From assembly GCA_973895155.1 (NCBI GenBank), contig OZ316898.1, positions 1,304,751 to 1,368,750 of the forward strand: a stretch of 64,000 nucleotides of DNA, written 5' to 3'. Source of the stretch: Marsupella aquatica. Its lineage: Eukaryota > Plantae > Marchantiophyta. Under the pieces are notes generated by a model. The model saw nothing but the letters and a program-made list of their open reading frames with translations, did not search any database and was not told where the DNA came from. Within the stretch, counting starts at the first letter, position 1, and every line of letters begins with the position of its first letter. The position numbers and the translations under genes were made by a program. Of the stretch, positions 37,061 to 49,590 are shown piece by piece.

Positions 37061-37583
37061 TGTCAGAGTGAGGGAGTCTAGTATGTCAATTAGTTTGGAA
37101 TTAGACATGTCAGAGTGAGGGAGTCTATGTCAATTAGTTTGGAATCAGACATGTCTTTAGTACTTACTGAGTGTTGGTTAGTACTAAGTACTAGTATATC
37201 TATTTAAGGAACTAATTATTATAATATTTTGGGATACTAGTTTGAATAGGTGGAGGTAATTGGACTTGGATACCTTTATAATTGCTTCAATTAATTATTA
37301 TATCAATACAGACTATATATTACATGAAGTCTTAATATCCATGATAGGATGTGAGTGCCTCTTAGTACTGTCTAGTAAACCTTAGTTTCAACTCGAGTTG
37401 CTTAGAATGTACTAACAAATTACTTGTTTGAATGGATATTTAAACTAAACCCTAAGTAGAAGGTTAATTTAGCTAGCTAAGGGTAGAGATCATATTGAAG
37501 CTTTACTAGTTATATGGGTAGAGATCATATTATTTGAAGCTTTACTAGTTATATGGGTAGAGATCATATTGAAGCTTTACTAG
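37061..37583 (+). repeat. Short tandem duplications in the transposase 3' region
   Basis: TGTCAGAGTGAGGGAGTCTA..TGTCAATTAGTTTGGAAT x2 (37061-37150) and GGGTAGAGATCATATT(ATTT)GAAGCTTTACTAG x3 (37481-37583). Confidence 0.85.
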
Positions 37584-37659
37584 ACACTTATATTCTATTA
37601 GTCAAATTGAATCAATGTAAATAAATTCTACTTCTTATCCAACATATTTTACATTATTA

Positions 37660-37822
37660 TCACCCAAATGTTTTTCTTTAGAATCCAAATTAATATTTCA
37701 TTTTCTCCTATGTACAATCTTGATCCCCCAAATGTACAACATCTGGTGCCCAAATGTACAACTCCCACTGCCCAAATGTACAATTCTTGTGCCCAAATAT
37801 ATATTTTTTGGTGCCTAAATGT
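37660..37822 (+). repeat. Right subterminal repeats ((G/C)CCCAAATGTACAA core, 21-22-bp period)
   Basis: CCCAAATGTACAA x3 plus degenerate copies (CCCAAATATATA, CCTAAATGTCC, CCCAAATGTTT). Confidence 0.8.
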
Positions 37823-37839
37823 CCAAAGATCAAAGAATT

Positions 37840-37864
37840 TTCCAGTTTTAATGAATAGACTGAT
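37840..37864 (-). repeat. Right terminal inverted repeat
   Basis: TTCCAGTTTTAATGAATAGACTGAT followed by TSD TTGT. Confidence 0.82.
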
Positions 37865-38720
37865 TTGTGCCTTGCCCTCGACCACTGCCTCCAGCACATG
37901 GAGACGGGGAGGAGAGAAGGGGAGAGGAGGCAGAAAAAGGGGTAAATGGCATGACCCCGGGACAACCCTGTTTGGACACAATGTAGCTGGCAACCCACCT
38001 TGCACAGTGTTGCCCCTGCACACTTGCCCTCCCAAACAACATCACTTTTATAATAACAGCATTAACCAAATTGATGACATTGCTGCATGGTCAACAACCA
38101 TGCACCCAACCAAAATGACACTTTTGCAACCACATTCATTTGAACATGACTACATAGATGACATGGCTGGAATGACAACACTTTTGCAATAATCATACAA
38201 CCCCAATGACAACCCAATTGAAACTGCAATTGACTTTCATAACCATGACACAATCACAGTGACAGCCATACTAGTAGCACAACATTGTTGCAATGATAAC
38301 TCAGTCTGCAATGCATGGCAGGGAGCTCAAAGTATGCCTTGTCCCACAACACTCTTTTCCTCAATAATTTCCACCAGAACATCTTTTTGCAAAGACATCT
38401 TGAAGGCAATGATATCATTAATGCCTCCTCTCATGCAATGCCACCTTTTACATAATGACCACTTTTACAAGAGATATCCGTAATGGACCTCCAAATGAAA
38501 CTTCCTTACTTAACCAACCAGAACATGCATCTTTTTGTCCAGTGTAAATTGGGACCCATCACAGACCTGTACCATTTCAAGTCACTTAATCTTCTAACGG
38601 AATTTGCAGTCCTTAAAGCACAAGAATGTCACTATAAAATGCAGCATGTTCTACTATTCTTTGGTGTCACCGAATGCGATCGACTACGACCATAGTGTCG
38701 AATGAGCTAATTCATTGACA

Positions 38721-38951
38721 TTGTACACATTGATACCAATGCATACACATCCCACAGTGTCAAATGAACCATTCGCCGTGTGACTGGGCACGACACTGGG
38801 GCACGGCACAGAGCATCGCAGTTAGATCTTGTATACGTTGACAAAATGTATGGACAGATCTCAGTGTCAAATGAACCAGGCGTCGTGCAAACACAATACA
38901 ATACAGAGCGCTGTAGTGAGATTTTGTACACACAGACATCAATGTGTACAA
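38721..38951. mobile_element. Possible small MITE-like element
   Basis: 14-bp inverted repeat TTGTACACATTGAT ... ATCAATGTGTACAA and an internal direct repeat CAGTGTCAAATGAACCA. Confidence 0.35.
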
Positions 38952-41900
38952 CATGTATTAGATATGTCAGAGGACTTAGGGTTTAGTATAAACCGGAGAA
39001 CACACGCATAAAATCAAAAATGATATGCATTTATTTTGATTTGTTTTCTAACTAAGTGTGAACTGTGCATACAACATGCATCATGTTTACATCACAATCT
39101 AACTTCTATGTTGAATATGCCATGGTTTTGTCCATTTAAGCAGGCTCAAAGTCAAGTGTCTTTGTGAATTTGGGGGCATGATTATTTTTTCTTGCTATGA
39201 ACATTGAATACAATGTGTACCTTGCACCCCGGAGACACATGGTTCTCTTTTCAACATTGCATGCATGGCTGGTGTATCTTGAATAACTAGAGCTGCAATG
39301 TATTCTAAAAAGCTGAGAGGCCAGAGCACGATGGTGTAGGCTTGCTTTGATGCTGCTGCAAGCCCCTTAGTTAATAGATTTGTAGTTATAATACAATAAC
39401 CTTATTGTATCTAACCAAACTAGGAAGCCCGGTGCTTCATTGCGGCCAGGGCCACGGTGCTTACGTGATCTATGCGCTGCATAGTTATCATTGGCATTAC
39501 TACACATGCCCATCCACGGTATCCTACGGCTACATAGTAAGCTTGAATTGTGTGGTGAACCCTTTCACAAGAACATTGTTGTATCAAGTGAACATTGTTG
39601 TATCGAGGTCCAGACACTGGGAGGGAATCTGCATATTTGGGTCCATTGGGCAAAATTCTGCATATTTGGGTCCAGTTAGTAAAAAATTGTGTTTGGAGGT
39701 CCATTAAGTATATCTCTCCCACTTTTACAAACAAAATGTTTTCTGAGTTCTTTTATGCAATAATATCTTTGTGTGCAACACACAAATATAAAGCTAGTTC
39801 CTTTATAGGCACCAGGGAAAATCACTAAGGGCATTAGAGCAGAAAGTACCCAACAAAACACTCTTTTAAAATGATTGGTGTGTGTTGTTTATCGAAGTAT
39901 CTTATCATGTGTTATGGATTATAGGAATTTCAGTTTCGCTCAATCATGATGTGGACATAATTACGGTGAGAACTGTGGTCGTTAAAAGTCATCATTCATT
40001 CCACAATCCACAGTTCCACACCCACCACTTGCCCGGTTTAAGAAGTCCTTCTGATGAGGCTTGGAAAATGGTCATCACTCCCTTGGCAACCTGACTTGAA
40101 GATCTAGTGCATCTTTGCACATGGGCTAATGTGTACTTGCGGCAGAAATTCTACGGCTGTTAAAACCACAGCTGGCATAAAGGTAGTTTTTAAGATCTAG
40201 TACAGATAATTCCCTGAGGTTGCTGTAGGTGATTCCATAGTAGGGCTTTTGTTTCTCTGTTGCTGTACAGGACTCTTGGACTTTTTGGCTCTTGGCCTTC
40301 AAAGAGGGTTTGTGCTATTGGGTCTATTCTCCCCATATCCTGTGGGATTTGGCTCTTGTTGTTCTGGGCCTATACCTCTTGGTTTGGCGTTTTTTGTTCG
40401 TTGGCATCGTAATGTACTAATTTAGCACTGCTCCGGGTTTAACGCTCTTTATGCTTTGGCATTTTTGATTCATTATCGCTGGAATTAGTCGAATGGGAAC
40501 GAAGTTCCTTGTCTTTCTCTCAGTGTAGCATGTGAGCTAGACGGACGCAGAGCTCGAATGGAACGAAGTCCCTTGTCTTCTTCTCTGTGAAGCATGTGCG
40601 CGAGAGTGAATTGCGACAGAAAAAACTGAGATCTGATTTACTCTTCCACATGCATGATTCGCCTCTTTCAATCATAACGACACTGTAGTTTGCTAGCTGA
40701 GGATCTCTACAGTTCTATCCTGTGGCAACGAACAGTTGCCACTCGCCAGCCGTCCACACCGCGATCCATGAGCAGTGGCGACCGACACAGCCGTGCTGCG
40801 GTGCTGGGGACGGAGAGGATAGGACTTGAGTAGGACTGGAGTCCAGGCATGCCACCGTCCTACTTTTTTAACAAAAACAAAACGGTTGAGAAAGCGGAAG
40901 CGGCATGCAAGTTTCTTTTCGGTTCATGATCAGCTAGCTCAGCCCGGGGCTCAGCTGAAATTTAGATGCGAATTGGCAAACTGGATTTCGGTGCGCGAAG
41001 AGGATGCAAGTTCACGGCACATGCGTTAACCTCAGAGCCCCAGTTGTCAGATTCCTCCCGTCGATATTTCTTCTCTAGCGGGACTGTGGTACTTTTGTTC
41101 CTAATAATCTCTTGAAACAAACTTGAACTCCAAACGAAACGAAAGCGAGCGAACGATAATTCACTACACATCTGTCACAGACCCCATTTGTCATTCGCTT
41201 GTGCGTCAAGTTCTCTGCCCTTTGACATTTCTGTCGATAAATTTCGGCGAAATCGCTGCTTTGGGGACAAAATTAATGAGATTCTCGAGCTTACCAGGCT
41301 TTTCAATTGACTAGTGAGGTAGGGTTGCTAGTGTGGTCCCATATATACAGTGGGTCCGTGATAAAAGGGAAACACTCTATAGTCTAACAGTAGTGCAGTC
41401 TCTAAACGCCATTCTGGAGGACTCTCTGGTTTTTGGCTAAATTAATGGCCTTCCTGGGATTTGTGGTTGTTTTCTCCAATGTATTAGGTCCCTGCCTTTG
41501 GAATTCTATCTCCAGGTTTTACTCTTTCTGCTCTTTGGTGGTGTGACAGATATTTCCTTTCCACTTTGACACAACTAGATTGTGCAACAATTATAATCTG
41601 AAGGAGATACACTTCTCAAATCAGGACCGTCAACATCCTAGGCAAATGCAGTGTTCACTCCCTGGGGCGCTTAGAGTGTTTTGAGCTTGGATTGACAAGG
41701 GATTGCAATCCACCAAGCTTTGGAGCAAATTTCATGCTATATTGATGTAATGATGTACCTGAAACAATTGAAGCGAGATGTTGCTCTCATAGTGATTTGG
41801 AGTGTGCGAGGGTGGCTTTACAAGACTGGGGGGTCATTATTTCTTTTTATTCCCTCTCAGATTAAATCCAAATATATGATAATTAGAAACTGTTACAGTT

Positions 41901-42744
41901 AGCTTTACAAGCACTCAGGGATCCAATCAGGTATGTTGTGTACAAACCCTACATGGCAAGGAGTGGGCCCAAGTAAATATTGATGTGTCCAAGTGCTGAT
42001 TTTGCCTATAATTTTACACCTTGGCTAGAACATTTTCAAATTTTGGCCCCTTCATTCAAAGGATTTGCATCTAGTGAACTACATTCCAAAAGATTCATGG
42101 TCCACATTCTATGTTTAGAACAAGACCCTCCAGTTTGCTTTGGGAAAAAGTCACGAACCAGCCTTATCCTCTAGTAGTGAAATATTGAATCTTGATCAGG
42201 TATGGACTGATGTGATCTACCCCAAATTGGCTGTATTCCCAGTTGCCACACTCGGGGGTTTCACTTCCACAAAAATGGTATATCACGTGCGACGAAGGAT
42301 AGGGTCATTTTATTGGTTGTAAGGGAAGACTTAAGAATTTTTGTAAAAGAACAATAGGGTCTTTTAAATTCAATTTTGAGACTTATAAGAACATTAGAGC
42401 CTTTGTAATCCAATTTTTGGAATATTCCAAAAATATTCTAACTTTATATGGGTTAAAAAATAATATTTTTTTCTTACATTTTAGGGGATCCAAGGTCTAA
42501 AAACGTCGCAGGTGATGGGGAGGTCCCCATGTAGTGAGACCCCCGAGTTGCCACAGAAAACTATAGCTGTTTGAGCCGGGTGGAGATCAGGAGCCAAGTG
42601 GGTAACTAGGAATTCTCATTGGTTCCTCCCCTCATCAATTTAGGACTAGCTGCATGTCAAAAACCAGAGGAGGGTGGCTTTCACCTGACCTAATTCAGAG
42701 AGCCCACTTTGGGTGCAATTTAGCCCTTCAACCAATGTCAAATG

Positions 42745-42895
42745 ATTGCTAGTCAGGGAATCAAGTCATGTGACACTGTGAAATTTAGTTTGGGACATAG
42801 TTGAATATCTGAGCTGGTAATTGCTAGTTAGGGAATAGAGTCATGGGATTGGGACACTGTGAAATTTGGTTTTGAACATAGTTGAATATCTGAGA
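42745..42895 (+). repeat. ~75-bp tandem duplication
   Basis: ATTGCTAGT.AGGGAAT..AGTCATG...GACACTGTGAAATTT.GTTT...ACATAGTTGAATATCTGAG x2. Confidence 0.75.
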
Positions 42896-45277
42896 GCTGG
42901 ATTGCAATCTACAGTAGTGAATATCTAGTAAGCTGTCTAAGATGACAAGTAGGTTTATGTTGCAAGGTGAAGGATGATATAAGGCTGGCTTTACACAACA
43001 AGCAGGGCAATCTGGTCATTTTTTGCCTCCAGATCAAACACGTACCAGTCAAGGAGATTGGTGGTAGACTCAAAAATTCCTGGTTTGCTTGAGATACAAA
43101 TCTGTTGAGTCAATTGAGGTTGACATCAGTCCCCACCCCAGTCCAGCTAGGACTGGGGGGTCTCAAACACGGAAGTGCCTTGCTGGTCATGTCATGCCAA
43201 CTGCATCCAATTGCTCCATTTATCAGTGCTGAATTGCTGTGGTTTTTTCACCACTAAGAATGCGCAAAGTGCTCCTGCACTAGTTTATGTTACAAAGAAG
43301 CTCTAAGTAGAGCCATCTTGAATGCAAAGTTGGGTGCAAAGTCAGGCCTAATCATCAGGGTGGAACAATCAACATGTGTGTTCCCCTTTCTGTTGTCACA
43401 GCCTTCTGTAGACAGCGGGTTTTGCTTCCCTGAAGAGAACCCAGGTGCTTACCAGTATTCTTGGGGGGTGCATGCAGCAGTTGGATTTAGGACCTCTAGT
43501 CAGCTTCCTCTTCTGGACCTTTCAATTGGTTTATCTAGCCTGGAGCTTTACAAGACTTTTTGATTTGCCAATAAGTGGGGTTGTAGGTTTTTGGTTTAGG
43601 TTTTCCCTCTTCATTGGGTTTTCTGGACTTTGAGATCATGTGGTATGGCACCTCTTGTTTTCTAGTAATTGTGTGAATAACGTCATGATAACACATGGTA
43701 GTGTATATATATCATGATAACACCCTGAATGATGGTTATGCTCTTCATCGTTTTCTTTGTATTTGTCTTGCTCTCAATGGTGATGCTTGAGGGCCAGGCT
43801 GGCTCGTCTTCCCAGTCACGATGATAATGTGAGACAAACAAACTTGACAAAACTTACAACAATATCCTTTTATGATGGTTCGGGCTGACCTTACATTCGC
43901 TGCGAGCACAAATACAACAAAAACCGACTAAGAGATATTTTGATGTACATATGGGAAAAAACAAGAGACGTTTAGTCGGTTGTGAAACCTATTGCTGGAC
44001 TTTAGGTTCCTTTGACCCTTTTGGAGGTTCCTAGCCTATGTGAATGATTGCCATGTATCACAGTGCAAAAGAACAAAAGCTAACGAACCCAGAGGGCCAG
44101 ACACACAACAAAGAGGGGATTGTTGATTGGGTGAAACATTGTACTTTGCTTCCTTGGAGCCAATGAATTCTGACACAATCTAAACAGGCCACCATTTGCA
44201 GGGAGAACTAGGTTCTTTTCAGCTTTTTCCAAAATGAGCCTACACCCAGTTCAAAGAGTACAGTAGCTATGAGGGAAAAGCATTTCATTGGCCTAGAATA
44301 GTGGAATCTGTAGGGCATATATCTGAACTCCCCACAAAAAGCGACTAGAACTCTTTTTGGCCAGGAGTGGGAAAATGAGAAGCAAACACTAGGGAGTCTC
44401 AAAGCTTCACGGACCTTAACTTAGTAGTTGAGATTAGGGACAGAAAGAGCTATGAACTACCAAATTCAGATCCCATAAATTTCGCTATTGGTAGTATGCC
44501 ATGACCATAAGCCACTGTTTATAGCCAAAGTCATAGTTAGCATCTTTGAACTTTGAGACACCCTATTGTTTCTTTTGGTCCCTTAATTTTATGTTTGTAT
44601 TGAAGAATTCCATCCTAAGTTCAGTTCTGTCTCGCACTGATAAAGGAGACAAGAGCTCCGTCAGGAGCTTAGATTACTCATCGACTTCGAATGACAGTCA
44701 ATTTCTACGTTGTAGGTTTGCAAAAAGGCTCACTAGTCCTTCGTGGCATGGGGGTTTGGCTGGTCTCACTGTTGTCTTCACTGCCTCCTAAATTTGCGGA
44801 AATTTCCTTCATTCACTATGCTCCGCTCCCTACATTCACATTGCGTCCACACCACACCTTTTTGGTGCAATCATGAGAAGATTTGTCAGACCTTTTCCCA
44901 GTAGATATTATCCTTCTTTCATGACTTCGTGGGTGCTCCCCAATTCATACAGTTTAGATAATATCCATTGCAACCTCATCGCCAGACTTTATCCTCATAG
45001 TCATGAAGGGACGCTCATCCAAGACGTCCAACGTTTGTCTTGTAGTGATCCATTAATCATCTACAATATCTTAGAAAGGAAAATTTTAATTCTTAAGTAA
45101 TTATGGCTTGAAAAGGGTACGCCGATTGCGTGGGTGCAGCAAGACAAACTTAAAAGTCAGTCTTGTCGTGTATCACTTGTCCTTCTGCTATATTGTCCCT
45201 TGTGCTATCATTATAAAATCTAATATTCGAAATAAAGTACTATTAAAATTTAAATATAACATATATGTTAATATGTA

Positions 45278-45643
45278 CATTGTTCACCATAATTAGTGTT
45301 ATGCAAGAAAAAGTGTTAGTACAAAATTAGTGTTATTTTGATAAAAATGATTTTGAGTTCAAATAACACTAATTTTTGTCAAAACAAAATTTTGTCAGTT
45401 TAATTTAAATTTCTTGTAAAAAATGGATGATCTCTAGGTCCAAAGTAACACTAATTATTGTGGATTTTTTTAAATAGTTTTTTTCTTTGTATTTTTCCAC
45501 TTTTAAGACCATAGTAACACTAATTCATGTGCGCAAAAATAGTGTTAGCACAAAATTAGTGTGACTAACACTAATTCGCGAGTAGACCCTGAAAATGGGC
45601 GCTCTTGAATTAGTGTTAGTCACACTAATTACGGTGAACAGTG
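45278..45643. mobile_element. MITE with TA target-site duplication (Tc1/mariner-type non-autonomous element)
   Basis: TIRs CATTGTTCACCATAATTAGTGT and ACACTAATTACGGTGAACAGTG, with TA on both sides. Many internal AATTAGTGTTA/TAACACTAATT motifs. An adjacent duplicate of the flank shows the empty site. Confidence 0.88.
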
Positions 45644-46899
45644 TAGATACATTCCTATCTCTATGAATATTTTGTCCCTTGTGCTATCATTATAAAATCT
45701 AATATTTAAAATAAAGTACTATTAAAATTTAAATACAACGTATACATTAATACGTAGATACATTCCTGTCTCTATGAATATTTTTGAATAATATATGTAT
45801 CTTCCAGTAGGTTATGGTCTGCCAGTAATCACGCATCAAATGTGATAATATAGTGTACACTTATTACATGCCAAGAATGGAGCAAATGATCTCAAAAAAT
45901 CTCAAAATTTGTGAGATAATAGATTGGACATGAGCCAACATGGTACAGAAATTTGAGATTAAAGAAACATACAAATTTTGCCAAAACCAACAGTTGACAG
46001 TTACTCAGGGTGCCTGAAGAATACTAGAGACAAACTTAGCAAATGTGAAGTGTACTTCCAAAAGTAGTTAGTCAATTTTCTAGTGTAAATTGACTAATGA
46101 CTTTACTTATTGTGGGGGAAGCATAACAAACACCTTGGTCCATCCAGGCTTGAAATTTCAAAAAAAAAAGGAGAACAAAAATAAAAAAAGATTATTAAAA
46201 ACTGGAGGTATAACAAAACTCAAACTCATAGAAAATACAAAAGATCAATCCCAGATAAGGCACACTTCAAGTTTAATAAGCTTTAAGTTGGATCCCTTGA
46301 TCGAGCAAGTCATAAGGGATTCTCTACAAGCCAAAGCCAGACTTGTCTCATACATCCACATCATAAGCCTTCATTTATTTCATACTTTCTTGTAGGTGTT
46401 TTCCCATCTTGTACACATTCTAGTTCTAGTTTTAATTTCATTCTGTGTGAATCCCACAGATAGGGGTACTAGTTAGCAGGCCAATGCAAGCATAACAATG
46501 CCCAGTAGGGTGAGACAGGCCAAAGCAGCTGAAAAAAGAAAAGAAAACAGGGCGGCTCAGCCAGACCCACACCCAAAGAGTGAAAACATACTTCATACAC
46601 CATCTTCACAGCCTTGCATACAAGAGCAATTACGAGGGGATTGACTCCTCAACTCAATGTCATAGAAATTTGGCAGTGGGCAATTAGAAGCAAGTGTTTC
46701 AAATAAGTCACCAACTGACATCCTAAATGATTAAGCCTTCAAGCCAGGCCCGCATAGTGTGAAAGAGTACATTTTTTGCTTTTTAACACTTTCTCTTAAT
46801 ATGTCAATTTTTTTGGCTGGAGTGATTGAGTGGCCTTGGACTGCCTTGCCAAGTTGCCATCAACAAGGTCTTTGGTAGACTGTCATCACAACTGGACCT

Positions 46900-47090
46900 T
46901 ATTCGAGATGCATGACCTTCATTTTAGGAGTTTTTGTCCCTTAGTTGGCCTTGTTTGACTTCAGGCTGACCTAGACGGGCTATCCAGCATCCTTGCAAAT
47001 GCATCTGTCATGGACCAAGTCCAAATTCTCTCTTTAGAAGGGCAAGTCACAGGGGGCTGGCTTCAAGCCAATCCAACTTACCCTCAAATG
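46900..47090 (+). mobile_element. Degenerate fragment related to the RLE non-LTR retrotransposon at 7094-8371
   Basis: TGGCTTCAAGCCAATCCA (WLQANP) and CTTCAGGC(T/A)GACCT match the reverse complement of about 8078-8095 and 8200-8213. Confidence 0.55.
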
Positions 47091-49528
47091 TAACATGATC
47101 TCATTTGTGGATGTCTTTGCCGGGTCTTTAGAGTAGTTCTCAATTACTTTGAACCTCTTCACTCTGTCTAGACTCTGTTAGTATCTCTTCTAACTTCTCA
47201 CCATAGAAGGTATCCAGTCAGAAGCCCAATGGGTGATTGAGTAAGGTTTGGAGTATGTTATGTAATTACTTGGGATACTGCTTGAGCAACCATATGGCCC
47301 AGCTATATTTGAGCTGGCTGGAGCAACAGAGTTGAACCAGCTCCTGAAATGCACTTTGGTTTAATTAGGTGTTTAACTAAGAGATATGGGCACTGGTGAG
47401 CACCTCCTAGAGCAATGGAGTGATGAAATGGCTATTGTGGTTGCAAGTGTACTATCAAGTTTCACTGGCAGTGTTTCCAGCCAAAATTAGTGACTTACAA
47501 GTCATTGGAGGCGTGCCCCTCCTTCCATGGCTTGTTTAGCTGTAGTGGTAGTTTTAGAGCCAAGTTGCATGTTATGGGCCCTTGAATTTCTGGCCCTTAT
47601 TATTCCAAAAGATGCTGGCAAAGAGCAGATTGCACTTGCCCAGGCCAGAAAAATTGTGTAAATGCGACTAATGTGTGTACTGCTTGTCATTTGCAACTAA
47701 AGATTATACAGGGCATTGCAACAAGTTGCTGCTCCTCTTTGCAAATTGTTTTTTGTGCCTTTGCTGAATTCAGCAGGACCGCAAGGGCCAGAAAGTTTAC
47801 AGTCCTTGCCTTTGGAAATGCTAAATTTATGCCATCATGAGGGGGTTCATGCTGGTTGCTCTTGCTCAGTGATAGGGTGGTGTGTGCTCACATGCGCATG
47901 TTAGCACTACTAGTTACTTGTTTTTCATATCCTACCCCTCCTCCTGGGGCCTCCCTCTCTCTGTATTTTGTCTCTTCTTATGGCATTAAAAACCCAACCT
48001 ATTAGCAAGCCTACTCGGTCACAATAGATTAAATTTGAGCACAGGGTATCGTATATGGTTTCAAATAATTTTCTACAGTCGGATGGTTGCCCAGGGATGG
48101 TTGCCCACAATAACATTCTGGGGCCATTTTAGGGCCCCATCACTTTTATTGACCTTTGTTCTTCAAGGCAAGAACAATCTTTCTAAAGATAGTGCCATCA
48201 TTACTTTGTTTGGTTCTTTTTCTAGAACTTATGGTTTTACTTTCATTAGACTTGATCCTTCGTTTTTAATTGAGCACTGCTCTCTATAGAGACAAACAGT
48301 ACGAAAAACCTTTGTCTCAACTATAATTATCCCCAAACAAACCAATCGTCCTCAATCCTCATGGTGTATGAAGCGAGAGCCTCGAAGGGAAAAGCTCCAC
48401 ACTTTGGCACTCGTTCCTATTCTTAGGGTCCCTCAGCCAGGCTCCATCATTCTGAACCCGTGGCCCTCGTTAGTCAATGAAGAAATGATCATTTTATTTC
48501 ATTGGAAAGCTAATCTGAATGTGATTATCGTTTGTGTAGATTTATTACTTTGTTAGACAATACCTTTTTAGGGTGTGATTGCCCTTTTTCTCCAATTATT
48601 AGCTTTTCGACTGTGATCTGACTCGTTTCCTATCCAGGGCAGATTGGAAAGGACCATCGTACTAAAAAAAGGGACAAACAAAGTACCAGCTAGTGTTCCT
48701 GTGGCAAATCTAAGGACAGCCAGGCAGGATCATTATCCAGCAATCTTTAAGCAATCATTATTTTTTACAGCCAGATTTTTTTGGGGATGATTGGGTGATC
48801 TGGCCAAAAATGGAATTCCAGTAGTGTCATAGGAATTTGAGGGGTCTCAGATTTGGTCACTAGGTCAATCAAAATTTCAAATGAAATAATATATCCCCAA
48901 ATCTAAAGTATCTTTGGTTCCGTGCAGGTTTTCATTTCATGATCAATGCCACTTCAGCCACTTGTTCTTTGTGTGCTTTCTGCAATAAATTTTTTCGTGT
49001 CGTGGAGTGTTCATCTCAATAGGCTTTTGGGCCACTTGTTTTTGTTGTCACTGTTTTCCAAGCTACATTTGATGAGCTTTCTCTCACGCGACCTGCTGCC
49101 AGTTGCTGCTTGACTAAGGGGCCCCCTTGCATGTAGTTGGCCTCAGTTTTGTGGCTCTTGATTTTACCATAACTGTCAGGAGAAAGCCATGAGGGATACA
49201 CCCCAACAATTTATGCTGCTGCTACGCGGCCAGAGACCTTGAATGGCAAGTATAAAGGGAGTCAATGTGTTTGATACAAGTTTCACAGGTTGAGACCGGA
49301 TCTCAAGGGTTAGAAAGTTTCCTGCCTTTGCCCTTCAGTCTCACTTTAACTACCGGAAAGCCTGGCTAATGAGGGCGCTCATGCATGAAATTCTCCATAG
49401 TATGACGCCAGACATTCATGACAAGACCTGTTGGATCCACCAGGTTTCACCATTAATAATAACTTGAACTGAAATAGTGGAATGACCTCACAGGGTAGAG
49501 GAAGGAGTGAGTGGAATCTGGGAAAAGG

Positions 49529-49590
49529 GCACTGGACACTTTCTCCGTGTGTGTGACCGCACTGGACACTTTCTCCGTGTGTGTGACCGC
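49529..49590 (+). repeat. 30-bp exact tandem duplication
   Basis: GCACTGGACACTTTCTCCGTGTGTGTGACC x2. Confidence 0.9.

Larger units (their letters stand above)
24880..37864 (+). mobile_element. ~13 kb cut-and-paste DNA transposon, Sola-like, with divergent cargo gene(s)
   Basis: Left end ATCACCCTATTAATTAAAACTGGAA (24880-24904) matches the reverse complement of the right end, ATCAGTCTATTCATTAAAACTGGAA (37840-37864), at 22/25 positions. TTGT flanks both ends (24876-24879 and 37865-37868), giving a 4-bp TSD. Subterminal 21-23-bp repeats occur at both ends and an intact DDE transposase lies inside. Confidence 0.85.

Noticed and set aside
39200-40130. Exon-like fragments on the - strand
   Set aside because: They could not be assembled into a coherent or recognisable protein.
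44100-47900. Faint L1-like (zf-RVT) remnants
   Set aside because: Too degenerate to support by eye; needs a profile search.
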